Shown in pieces: positions 48,749 through 59,300 of a DNA stretch of 64,000 nt. The position numbers were made by a program, and so were the translations under genes. The first letter of the stretch is position 1. Each line of letters starts with the position of its first letter. A model generated the notes under the pieces. It ran no database searches. It saw only the letters and a list, made by a program, of their open reading frames with translations, and was not told the DNA's origin. This stretch comes from a bacterium (GTDB taxonomy: Bacteria > Desulfobacterota > DSWW01), in contig JBFLZG010000008.1 of the NCBI GenBank assembly GCA_040756235.1, forward strand, positions 1 through 64,000, in the 5' to 3' direction.

Positions 48749-50764
48749 ATGGCAACCTTCAAGGACATGAAGATCGGCAGGCGCCTGGCACTGGGCTTCG
48801 GTGCCCTGTCGGCGCTCACTCTGCTGCTGGCGATCCTGGCCTGGTGGGGGATCGGCGCGGTGCAGAAGGATCTGGAAGAAGTCGTGATGGAGGACCAGAA
48901 GATCCGCACGGCCCACGGCATCCAGAAGGACCTGGACGACCTCTACATGAACGTGTTCAACATCGCGCTCCACAAGGACGCGCGTGACAAGCAGGAGCAT
49001 AAAGCCGAGCTGGAGAAGCTGCGCAAGTCCTACGCCGAGCGGATCGACTGGCTGAAGGACGCCGCAGCGACCGAAGAGGGCAGGAAACTCCTGGGGCGGA
49101 TCGAAGACGCGATCGAAGCCTCGCGCGAGTCGAACGATCAGGTGATCGCCCTTTCCCTTGAAGGCAGAGAGACCGAGGCGGCCGACACCCTCGTGCGCGA
49201 GGCGGACGTCAAACGGGCCGACATCGAGAACGTTCTGGAGGAGCTCATTGCCTGGCGCGAGAAGCGCCTGAAGGAAACGGACCAGGCGGCGGAGGCCGCC
49301 GCGCGCTGGATGCGCCGCCTCGTTGCCGGCTTCGCCCTCGTCGCCCTGGCCCTCTCGGCCCTGTTCGCCACCCTCATTTCCAGGTCTGTCACGAGCATCA
49401 ACACGAAGCTGACGGGCGAGATCGGCAGGGTGGCCGATCGCATCTCGCTCGGAGACCTGAGGGCACGGAGCAACGGCCAGGACGTCCACCCTGAATTCCG
49501 CCCCGTCCTGGAAGGGCTCGACCGCGTCCAGGCTGCCTTCAACGATCATCTGGACTGTGTGCCCAATCCCCTGATGATCGTCGACAAGGAGTTCGGCGTC
49601 CGCTACATGAACCGCAAGGGGATGGACCTGCTCGGAAAATCGGCGGATCAGCTGGCCGGCGCCAAGTGTTACGACCAGTTCAAGACCTCCGACTGCAGAA
49701 CGCAAAAGTGCGCCTGCGGGCGGGCTATGCAGGAGGGGCGGCTGGCCGACAGCGTCACGGACGCGCACCCGCTCGGCATGGACCTGAACATCGCGTACAG
49801 CGGGACGCCGATCAAGGACGACAGCGGCAAGATCCTGGGCGCGCTCGAGATCGTCGTGGACCAGACGCAGATGGCCAAGGCGGTCAACCAGATGAAGATG
49901 GCCTCGGCGACGCTCGCCTCCTCGGCCACGGAGATGTCGGCGGTCTCCGAACAGACGGCCTCGGGAGTGGCGGGCATGTCCGAGAAGGCGAACACGGTCG
50001 CGGCAGCGGCCGAGGAGTCCAGCGCCAACGCCACTTCCGTGGCAGCGAGCATGGAGCAGGCCTCCTCCAGCCTCACCTCGGTTGCGAGCGCCACCGAGGA
50101 GATGAGCGCGACGGTGGGCGAGATCGCCTCCAACACCGCCAAGGCCCGCTCGATAAGCGAACAGGCCACCACGCAGGCGCAGGCCGTATCCGAGCAGATG
50201 CAGAAGCTGGGGCAGGCAGCGCAGGAGATCGGGCAGGTGACCGAGACGATCACCAACATCTCGGCCCAGACCAACCTGCTGGCCCTGAACGCGACGATCG
50301 AGGCGGCGCGGGCCGGCGCGGCCGGCAAAGGCTTCGCCGTGGTGGCCAACGAGATCAAGGAGCTGGCCCGGCAGACGGCCGAGGCCACCGAGGACATCAA
50401 GGCCCGGATCGCCGGCGTGCAGACTTCGGCCGGGGGGGCCATCACCGACATCGAGCAGATCGCCACCGTGATCAAAGAGGTGGGCGGCATCGTCGCGGGC
50501 ATCGCCGCGGCGATCGAAGAGCAGGCTTCGGTCACCAAGGACGTGGCCGGCAACATCGCGCAGGCCTCGGCCGGAGTCCAGGACGCCAACCAGCGCGTCG
50601 CCCAGACCGCCGAGGTTTCCAAATCCATCGCCCGTGACATCGCAGGCGTCAACGCGGCCGTGGCCGACCTCCAGCAGGGCGGCGAGCAGGTGAAGACCAG
50701 CTCGGCCGAGCTGTCCCAGTTGGCCGAGCAGATCAAGGTCCTGGTGGAACAGTTCAGGGTGTGA
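48749..50764 (+). CDS. Methyl-accepting chemotaxis protein (4-helix-bundle sensor, cytoplasmic PAS)
   Basis: [11 protein letters not shown], two TM segments, PAS ([11 protein letters not shown]...[11 protein letters not shown]), [29 protein letters not shown]. Confidence 0.95.
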   Translation: MATFKDMKIGRRLALGFGALSALTLLLAILAWWGIGAVQKDLEEVVMEDQKIRTAHGIQKDLDDLYMNVFNIALHKDARDKQEHKAELEKLRKSYAERIDWLKDAAATEEGRKLLGRIEDAIEASRESNDQVIALSLEGRETEAADTLVREADVKRADIENVLEELIAWREKRLKETDQAAEAAARWMRRLVAGFALVALALSALFATLISRSVTSINTKLTGEIGRVADRISLGDLRARSNGQDVHPEFRPVLEGLDRVQAAFNDHLDCVPNPLMIVDKEFGVRYMNRKGMDLLGKSADQLAGAKCYDQFKTSDCRTQKCACGRAMQEGRLADSVTDAHPLGMDLNIAYSGTPIKDDSGKILGALEIVVDQTQMAKAVNQMKMASATLASSATEMSAVSEQTASGVAGMSEKANTVAAAAEESSANATSVAASMEQASSSLTSVASATEEMSATVGEIASNTAKARSISEQATTQAQAVSEQMQKLGQAAQEIGQVTETITNISAQTNLLALNATIEAARAGAAGKGFAVVANEIKELARQTAEATEDIKARIAGVQTSAGGAITDIEQIATVIKEVGGIVAGIAAAIEEQASVTKDVAGNIAQASAGVQDANQRVAQTAEVSKSIARDIAGVNAAVADLQQGGEQVKTSSAELSQLAEQIKVLVEQFRV

Positions 50765-50778
50765 ACGGAGGCCCGATC

Positions 50779-51282
50779 ATGACGAAGGACTCTGCCGAAC
50801 CGAGAACCGGGGAAGGCGGCCTGCTGGTCGCGACCTTTCTGCTGGGCGAGAGCGCCTTCGGGATCGACACCGCTCTGGTGCAGGAGGTGGTGGTGGCGGG
50901 CGAGCTCACGGCCGTGCACCATGCCCCGAGCTACGTGGCCGGCATCCGCAACCTGCGCGGTCGTATCGTGACGGTCATCGACCTCAAGGTGCGGCTGGAC
51001 CTGGGCTGCGTCGCGGCCGGGCCGGAGGCCCGCATCCTGATCGTCGACTGGAAAGGAGAGCCGGTAGGCCTGCTGGTCGACCGTGTCGCGGATACCGTCG
51101 CCCTGGACACCGGTGCCCTCGAGACCGCGCCGCCGAACCTGCATGGGGTCCAGAGCCGCGACCTGCGCGGCGTCTTCCGGGGAGGCGGCCGCCTCGTAGC
51201 CCTGCTCGACCCGGCCGCCGTGCTGGAGCCGGACAGCGCCGTCGGCCCGACCGTGCAAGAGGGCGTCGAGAAGACCTCCTGA
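50779..51282 (+). CDS. cheW: Chemotaxis adaptor CheW (operon 2)
   Basis: ATFLLG, VQEV, GIRNLRGRIVTVIDL, GLLVDRV. Confidence 0.94.
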   Translation: MTKDSAEPRTGEGGLLVATFLLGESAFGIDTALVQEVVVAGELTAVHHAPSYVAGIRNLRGRIVTVIDLKVRLDLGCVAAGPEARILIVDWKGEPVGLLVDRVADTVALDTGALETAPPNLHGVQSRDLRGVFRGGGRLVALLDPAAVLEPDSAVGPTVQEGVEKTS

Positions 51283-51368
51283 GGGGCAGGAGGTAAAAGG
51301 GAACTTCGGGAGCCGAACGCAGCACCCTGCCGTTCCTCCACAGACACGCAACGGAAGAGAAAGACGGC

Positions 51369-52493
51369 ATGACGCTCAGGGTCCTGATCGCCGACGATGC
51401 GATCCTCTTCCGCCGCGTGCTCGCCGACGCGCTGGCCGCGCTTCCCGCCGTCGAGGTCGTGGGGAGCGCCCCGAACGGCCGGCTCACCATCCAGAAAGTG
51501 CGCGAGCTCAAGCCCGACCTGCTCACGCTGGACATCGAGATGCCGCAGATGGACGGGTTGGCGGTGCTCGAGGCGTTGCGCAAGTCGGGCGAGCGGGTGG
51601 AGGTGATCGTGGTGAGCGCCCTCACCCGGCGCGGCGGCGACTTGACCATGCGCGCTCTGGAGATGGGGGCCTTCGACTTCATCACCAAACCCGAAGCGGC
51701 GGGCCCCGAGCTGAGCCGCGAGGCCCTCATCCGCGAGTTGGCGCCGCGGCTGCGCGCCCTCGCCCACCGCCTCGAGGTGCGCTCCATTCTGCGCGGCCGG
51801 CCTGTCGCGGCGTCCGGCGCATCGCCCCCGCCCCGGACGCTGCGGGCGCCGCCACCGGAGGACCTCGCCGGGGTTGCCGGGCGCATGCAGCGTCTGGCGG
51901 CCCCCTCCAGGCCCGAGCTGGTGCTCATCGGAGTCTCCACCGGAGGTCCCGCGGCCCTGGCCCGGCTCCTGCCCGGAATCCCCGGCGACCTGGGCGTGCC
52001 GCTCCTGATCGTTCAGCATATGCCGCCGGTGTTCACGCAATCGCTGGCCGAGAGCCTGGCGGTCCGGTGCGCCGTCAAGGTGCGGGAGGCGGTCCACGGA
52101 GAGCGGGCCGAGCCGAACACGGCCTACATCGCACCGGGCGGCAGACAGATGCGGATCGCGGCCGGGCCGGACGGCCGCCCCCGGATCGAGGTCACCGACG
52201 ACCCTCCGGAGAACAACTGCAGGCCGGCCGTGGACTACCTGTTCCGCTCGGCGGCCCACCACTTCCCCGGATGGGCCATGGCGGTGATCCTGACCGGCAT
52301 GGGCAGCGACGGCACGCTCGGGCTCAGGCTGCTCAAGCGGCACGGCTGCCTGGTCATCGCCCAGGACGAGGCCACCTCCGTGGTCTACGGGATGCCGAAG
52401 GCGGCGGTGGACGCGGGTGTGGTGGACGCCGTCCTGCCGCTGGAAGCGATCGCCGCCAGGATCGCCGCCGCGGCGAAAGGGTGGAAAACATGA
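51369..52493 (+). CDS. cheB: Chemotaxis methylesterase CheB (operon 2)
   Basis: LTLDIEMP, GVSTGGP, VQHMP, RPAVD, ILTGMGSDG, VVYGMP. Confidence 0.96.
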   Translation: MTLRVLIADDAILFRRVLADALAALPAVEVVGSAPNGRLTIQKVRELKPDLLTLDIEMPQMDGLAVLEALRKSGERVEVIVVSALTRRGGDLTMRALEMGAFDFITKPEAAGPELSREALIRELAPRLRALAHRLEVRSILRGRPVAASGASPPPRTLRAPPPEDLAGVAGRMQRLAAPSRPELVLIGVSTGGPAALARLLPGIPGDLGVPLLIVQHMPPVFTQSLAESLAVRCAVKVREAVHGERAEPNTAYIAPGGRQMRIAAGPDGRPRIEVTDDPPENNCRPAVDYLFRSAAHHFPGWAMAVILTGMGSDGTLGLRLLKRHGCLVIAQDEATSVVYGMPKAAVDAGVVDAVLPLEAIAARIAAAAKGWKT

Positions 52494-53341
52494 ACGGCGT
52501 CGCCATCACGCGCGACGAGCTGGCCGTCTGGTCCCGGTACATCCGGGAGATCTGCGGCATTCACCTCGACGACTCCAAGAAGTATCTGCTCGAGACCCGG
52601 CTGGGCGGGCTGCTGCGCGAAACCGGCGCGGGAAGCTTCTCCGAGCTGTTTCACAAGAGCCGGGCGGACATGACCCAGGCGCTGCGCCGCAAGATCATCG
52701 ACGCCATCACCACGAACGAGACTTCCTTCTTCCGGGACACGGCGCCTTTCGATCTGCTCCGCCACAAGCTGATCCCGGAGCTCATCGACCGGCGCAACCG
52801 TGCCGGCGCGGGCCGCGCGCCGCTGCGCTTCTGGAGCGCAGCCTGCTCGACCGGACAGGAGGTCTACAGCATGGGCATCGTGCTCAAGGAGGTCCTGGGT
52901 GATCTGTCCCGCTACGACATCCGCATCCTCGGCACCGACATTTCCGACCAGGCCATCGGTCGAGCGAGCTACGGCTGCTATGGCCGTCTGGAGCTCGACC
53001 GCGGCATGCCGCCGGAGCTGCGCATCCGCCATTTCGCCGCCGCCGGCGACCAGTGGAAGATCCGCGACGAGATTCGAGCCCTGGCCACCTTCCGCACCCT
53101 GAACCTCCTGGAGCCTTTCGCCTTTCCCGCCCCGTTCGACATCATATTCTGCCGCAACGTGGCCATCTACTTCACCGAGTCGGACAAGGTGCGCCTGTTC
53201 CGGACCCTGGGCCGATGGCTGGCCAGGGACGGGTGCCTCATGGTCGGCGCCACGGAATCCATCACCGGGCTTTGCCCCGAGCTCGAAGCCAAACGGCATC
53301 TGCGCACGGTCTTCTATCAGCTGAAAGAGCCGAAGCCCTGA
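52490..53341 (+). CDS. cheR: Chemotaxis methyltransferase CheR (operon 2)
   Basis: TTNETSFFRD, WSAACSTGQE, GTDIS, IFCRNVAIYF. ATG at 52490 overlaps the cheB stop. Confidence 0.96.
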   Translation: MNGVAITRDELAVWSRYIREICGIHLDDSKKYLLETRLGGLLRETGAGSFSELFHKSRADMTQALRRKIIDAITTNETSFFRDTAPFDLLRHKLIPELIDRRNRAGAGRAPLRFWSAACSTGQEVYSMGIVLKEVLGDLSRYDIRILGTDISDQAIGRASYGCYGRLELDRGMPPELRIRHFAAAGDQWKIRDEIRALATFRTLNLLEPFAFPAPFDIIFCRNVAIYFTESDKVRLFRTLGRWLARDGCLMVGATESITGLCPELEAKRHLRTVFYQLKEPKP

Positions 53342-53351
53342 GGGCCCGGAC

Positions 53352-56300
53352 ATGACGGAGAACCTGGACTACATCCATCTGGTCTATGGGTCTTCCTTCC
53401 TGCTCCTGGGTCTCCTGGCGTACGGGCGGCGGCGCGAGGGGCCGCGCGCCCTTCCCTGGGCCCTGCTCGCGTGGTTCGGCCTGCTTCACGGCATGCACGA
53501 ATGGCTCGAGCTGCTGGCGCTCGGCATCCGTGACGCAGCGGCGTTCGAGGCCGCACGCCTGGCGTTCCTGGCAGCCTCCTTTGCTGCGCTTTTCGAATTC
53601 GGCCGGACGGGCCTCGAAGCGCAGGGCGCGCGCCCGCCCGGGCGCCTCGTTCTCCTGCCGCTTCTGGCGCTGGCGGCGTCGGGGGGGCTGGCGGGAACCT
53701 CCGGGCTGGACCCCGGCTGCCGCTACGCCCTCGGGCTGCCGGGCGCGCTGCTGGCCGGCTGGGCGCTGCTGCGCGCCTCCCATGCCCCTGCGCAGAAGGA
53801 AGGGGTCCGCGCCGGCCTGGCTCTGGCCGGCGCCGCGATGCTCGGTTACAGCCTGCCCACCGGCCTGGTCGTACCCCGGGCCTCCTTCTTTCCGGCTTCC
53901 GTGCTCAACGCGGAAGGCTTTCTTGCGACACTGGGATTCCCCGTCCAGCTGCTGCGGACCCTGTGCGCCGCGTGCGCCGCGGCCGGCCTCTGGCTGGTCT
54001 TCCGGCGCTCCCCGGGGACGGTCGAGGACAGGCCCGGGTTGATCCGCAGCTGGGCGCTTGCTGCGGCGCTGGCAACGGTGCTGGCCGCGGGCTGGTGGGG
54101 GGCCGGCTGGAGCGGCCGGGTGCACGATGCCGGCCGGCGCGCCGAGCTGCTGGCCCAGGCCCGCGGCATCGCCGCAACCGTCAATCCGAGCCGCGCCAAA
54201 GCTCTCGCTTTCACCGGCGCCGACCTGGGAAATCCGGCATTCTCGCGTCTGGAGGTGCAGCTCAAGTCCTACCACCCGCTGATGACGGCCGGGGTGCGCG
54301 GCATCTACACCCTGGCGCTCCGGAACGACGAGGTCCGGTTCGGACCGCAGAGCCGCCCCCGGGGCGACCCGCTGGCCTCTCTGCCGGGCGAGAGCTACCA
54401 GAAGCCCCCGGCGGAGCTCCTGGAGGTCTTCCGGTCGCGCCAGGCCCGCACCGTCGGCCCCTACGCGGACGAGCGCGGCACCCTGCTGAGCGCCCTGGCT
54501 CCGGTGATCGATCCCCGCACCGGAGAGACCCTCCTGGTCGTCGGGTTGGACGTCGAGGCCAGCGACTGGGAACGCCAGATCGCCCGGCACCGGCTGCCGG
54601 CGCTCCTCTTCACACTGGTGCTGACGGCGCTCCTGCTCGGTGGCGCAGCTCTCCTGCGGCGGCCCGCCGCGCTCGACGTCAGGGCGCAGCCGTTCTGGAT
54701 GCGCCACTTCGAGCCGGGGCTTGCGGCCCTGTGCGGCCTCCTGCTGAGCGCGGCCGCGTCGCTGGCGGCCCATGACAACGAGACCCGCTCCCGCGGCGCC
54801 GTCTTCGAGCAGGTCGCAGAGGCGCAAGCCGCACAGTTCCGTCAAATCCTGCATGACCTCCGTGCCGAGCTGTACGGGTTGGCCCGCTTCCTCGAATCCG
54901 CCCGGGAGATCGCGGCGGACGAGTTCCGCGCCTATGCTCTGCCTCTGGCACGATCGGAGTCCGTTCACGCCTACGGGTGGGTTCCGTGCGTGCCGGCTGA
55001 AGGCAAACAGGCGTTCGAGATCGAAGCGCGTAGACAGGGGCCCGCCGCATACGCCATCTTCCGGAGGGACGCCGCCGGCGCACGCCTGCCCGCCGACGGG
55101 CGCGGCCCCTACTTCCCGGTTCTGTTCGTGGAGCCGCTGGCGGCCAAGGAGCGCGTGCTCGGCTTCGACATGGGGTCGGAAACCGTGCGGCGCGCCGCCA
55201 TCGAAGAGGCGGCACGCAGCGGATTCCCCACGGCCACCGATCCGGTCGGGCTCGTCATCGCGACCGGCCGGCCCAGCTCGCAGCTGGTCTTCCATCCGGT
55301 CTTCTCGACCCGACAGGACGGCTCCCTGCGCGGGTTCGCCCTGCAGGTCCTGAGTATGGAGTCGCTGCTGAAACAGACCTTTGCGGCGGTCAGCAGCTCA
55401 CAAGTCGCCGTGGACCTTCTTCTCCTCGAACCCGGCCGGCCCGCTGCGCTGCTGGCCTCGACCGACCCGGAAGACACCCGGAATCACGAGGGCACGGCCG
55501 GAATCCTGCACCGCGACGCGCATGCGGCGTTCACCTCCCCGGTCTTCGCGTTCGGCAAGGCCTATGCCCTGGTGATCTATCCCGGGCCCGGCCTTCTGAC
55601 GGCGCGCCCAGGGAGGGCCGGGCGCCTGGTGTTCCTGGTCGGGCTTGTGCTCACGGCGCTGGCAACCGCCCGGATCGGCGCCGCGGCAGGCCGCCGCCGG
55701 GAACTGGAGCGCCAGGTGGCTGCCCGCACGGCGGCGCTGCGCGAGAGCGAGGAGAAGTTCCGGCTTCTCTTCGAAAACGCCCTGGTCGGGGTGATGCTGC
55801 ACGAAATCATCCGCGACGAGCAGGGCGCTCCGTCGGACTACCTGTTCGTGGAGGCCAACGCGGCATTCGAAACCCTCACCGGCCGGCGCCTGAGCGAGGC
55901 GTTGGGCAAAAAGGTCAAAGCCGGGTTCGGGTTCGGTGTGATCCGACACACCCCGCTCATCAGCGTGTTCGATCAAGTCGCGCGCACCGGCGAGCCGGTG
56001 CTGCTCGAGCAGTTCATCGCTCCCCTCGGGCGCCATTACCTCATGAACGTGCTGCGCATCGGGGAGCGGCGCATGGGGACGGTCTTCCTCGACATCACCG
56101 AGCGCAAACGGGTCGAACAGACGCTGCGCGAGAGCGAGGAGCGCAACCGCCGCATCGTCGAGACGGCCAACGAAGGCGTCTGGTCGATCGACGCGGACCA
56201 CCGCACCACGTTCGTCAACCCCACCATGGCCCGCATGCTCGGCTACGAGACCGACCGGATGCTCGGCGTCCCTTTGGAGCGCTTTCTGCCCCCTCCGGAA

Positions 56301-59300
56301 ATGGAGGACCATCGCTATCAGATGGGGCTCCTCCACCAGGGAAAGGGCAACCGCTACGAGCGGCGCCTGCTGCGCAAGGACGGCAGCGAGTGCCGCTGCC
56401 TGATCTCGGCCATGCCCCTGCACGACGAGCGGGGCCGTTTCGCCGGCTCCTTCGCCATGTTCACCGACATCACGGCCCGGGTGATCGCCGAGACGCGGCT
56501 CCGGGACCGGGAAGAACAGCTCCGCCAGCTCTTCGACAACATGAGCAGCGGCGCCGCGGTCTACCAGGCGGTCGACGGCGGCCGGGACTTCATCATCCTG
56601 GACGTCAACCGCGCGGTGGAGCGCATCGAGCACGTGGCCAGGGAGGAGGTGTTGGGCCGGCGCGTGACCGAGGCGTTTCCCGGGGTCGCCGAGCTCGGTC
56701 TGCTGGCGGTGTTGCAGCGCGTGTGGCGGACCGGCGAGGCGGAGCAGTTGCCCGCCGGGTGGTACCAGGACGCGCTCGTGGCCGGCTGGCGGGAGAACTA
56801 CGTCTACCGCTTGCCCAACGGAGATGTCGTCGTGATCTACGACGACGTCACGGAGCGCAAGCGGGCGCAGGAGGCCCTGGAGGATCAGACGCGCCTGCTG
56901 TCCACCGTGCTGGACGGCATCCCCGACATCATCGGCGTGCAGAAGCCCGACTACACCCTGCTGCGGTACAACCAGAAAGGATACGAGTTTCTCGGCCTGC
57001 CGCCTTCCCAGGTCTGCGGACGGAAATGCTACGAGCTGATGGGCCAGGGCATGCCGTGTGAAGAGTGCGCGACCCGCGCGGCACTGGCTACCAAGCGGGT
57101 CGCAACCGTCGAGAAGCTCCTGCCCGAGCGCGGCATGTGGATTGCGGCCCGCTCCATCCCGGTGCTCGACGACCGGGGAGAAGTCGTCCTCGTGGTCGAA
57201 CAGCTGCGGGACATCACCGAACGCAAGCGCATGGTCCAGCAACTGGACCGCCAGAGGGCCTTGCTCAGCAGCCTGGTCGATTCCATCCCCGACCTCATCT
57301 CTTACAAGGACAAGAGCGGGGTCTACCTCGGGTGCAATCCGGCCTTCGCGGAGTTCGTCGGCCGCACGCGCGCAGAGATCATCGGCCGCACGGACTACGA
57401 CCTCTTCGGGATGAGCGTGGCGGATTCCTTCCGTGCCCACGACCGCGAGATGACCGAGATCAACGGACCGCGACGCGACGACGAGTGGGTGACCTACGCG
57501 GACGGCCGCCGCGTTCTGCTCGATACCCTGAAGACTCCCTACTGGGGACCGGACGGCGAAATCCTGGGGGTGCTCGGAATCAGCCGGGACATCACCGAAC
57601 GGCAGCATATCCAGCAGCAGTTGCTGGCCAGCAAGAAGGAAGTCGAGACCATCATGGACCTGGTGCAGAGCGGCATCATGGTCCTGGACGCACGCACGCA
57701 CGCGATCCTCAAAGCCAATCCTGCAGCCTGCAAGTTGATCGGCCTTCCTCGCGACAAGATCGTCGGCATGACCTGCCATCGATTCATCACTCCGGTAAGC
57801 CCGGGACAATGCCCCGCTTCCGACCAACGGCAGTCCATGGTCAACGCCGAACGCGTGCTGCTTCGGGCCGACGGGACCGAGGTCCCCATCCTCAAGACCG
57901 TCGTGCCGGTCAAGCTCTCCGGCAGGGAGTGCCTGCTGGAGTCGTTCATGGACCTGAGCGTGCAGATGCGGCAGGCCGAGGAGCTGCTCTCGGCCCTGGC
58001 CCAGGCCAAGACCCTGAACCAACAGCTCGAGCAGCAGACCTCGCGCGCAACGGAGCTGGCGGCCGAGGCGATGGTGGCGAACGTGGCCAAGAGCGAGTTC
58101 CTGGCCCACATGAGCCATGAGCTCCGCACGCCGATGAACGGGGTCATCGGCATGGCCGAGCTGCTGCTGGACGGCCCGCTGGACGGGGAACAGCGACCCT
58201 ATGCCGAAACCGTGCTGGCCAGCGCCGAAGCCCTGCAGGCCATCCTCGACGACATCCTGGACTTCTCCAAGATCGAGGCGGGCAAGCTCGAGATCCGGAA
58301 GCTGGAGCTCGACCTGTCGGCCGTGCTCGACGACTTCGCCGACCTGATGGCCGTGCGCGCCTGGGAAAAGGGGCTGGAGCTCGTCTGCGCAGCGGCCCCG
58401 GACGTGCCGGCACGGCTCCAGGGGGATCCCGGCCGCCTGCGCCAGGTGCTCGTCAACCTGGCTGACAACGCGGTCAAGTTCACCCTGAAGGGCGAGGTGG
58501 TGGTGCGCACCGTTCTCGTATCGGAGTCGGGGGATGAGGCCGTGCTGCGCTTCTCGGTGCGGGATACCGGCATCGGCATCCCGCAGGACAAGCAACGCCT
58601 GATCTTCAACAGTTTCACCCAGGTCGATGCCTCGATCGCGCGCCGCTACGGGGGAACAGGGCTGGGGCTGGCTATCTCCAAGTACCTGGCCGAGGCGATG
58701 GGCGGTGAGATCGGCGTGACCAGCGACCCGGGCAAAGGCTCCGAATTCTGGTTCACGGCGCGCTTCGCCAGACAGCCGCAACGGGAGAGCCCGGATGCAC
58801 CCGCGGGAGCGCGCGCATCGCACATCCTGGTGGTCGACGACAACGCCTCCAACCGCGAGATGATGACGATTCAGCTCCGGGCCTGGGGGGCGAACGCGGC
58901 CGAGGCGGCCGACGGCGCGGCGGCCCTGGGGCTGCTGCGGGAGGCGGCCGCCTCCGGGGATCCGTTCCGGCTCGCGATCGTGGACATGCAGATGCCGGGC
59001 ATGGACGGCGCATCTCTGGGCCGGGCCATCCGGGCCGACCCAAGGCTCCACGAAACGCGCCTGGCCATCATGACCTCTCCCGATCAGCAGAGCCTGGGCC
59101 GGGGATTGGTGGAGGCCGGCTTTTCCGCCTCCCTTCCCAAGCCGGTGCGGCCGTCCGCCATGGCTCAATGCCTTGCCTCGGTTCTGGGCGGTCGGGTCGA
59201 GCGGCAAGAGGCCCCGTGCGCCGGCGTCGGGCCCCGCAAGATGAAAACCCGACGCGGCACCGTCCGCATCCTCCTGGCCGAGGACAACGTCTCCAACCAG

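Noticed and set aside
45923..49768. 1281-aa antisense ORF
   Set aside because: Shadow of cheA2 and the MCP; no motifs.
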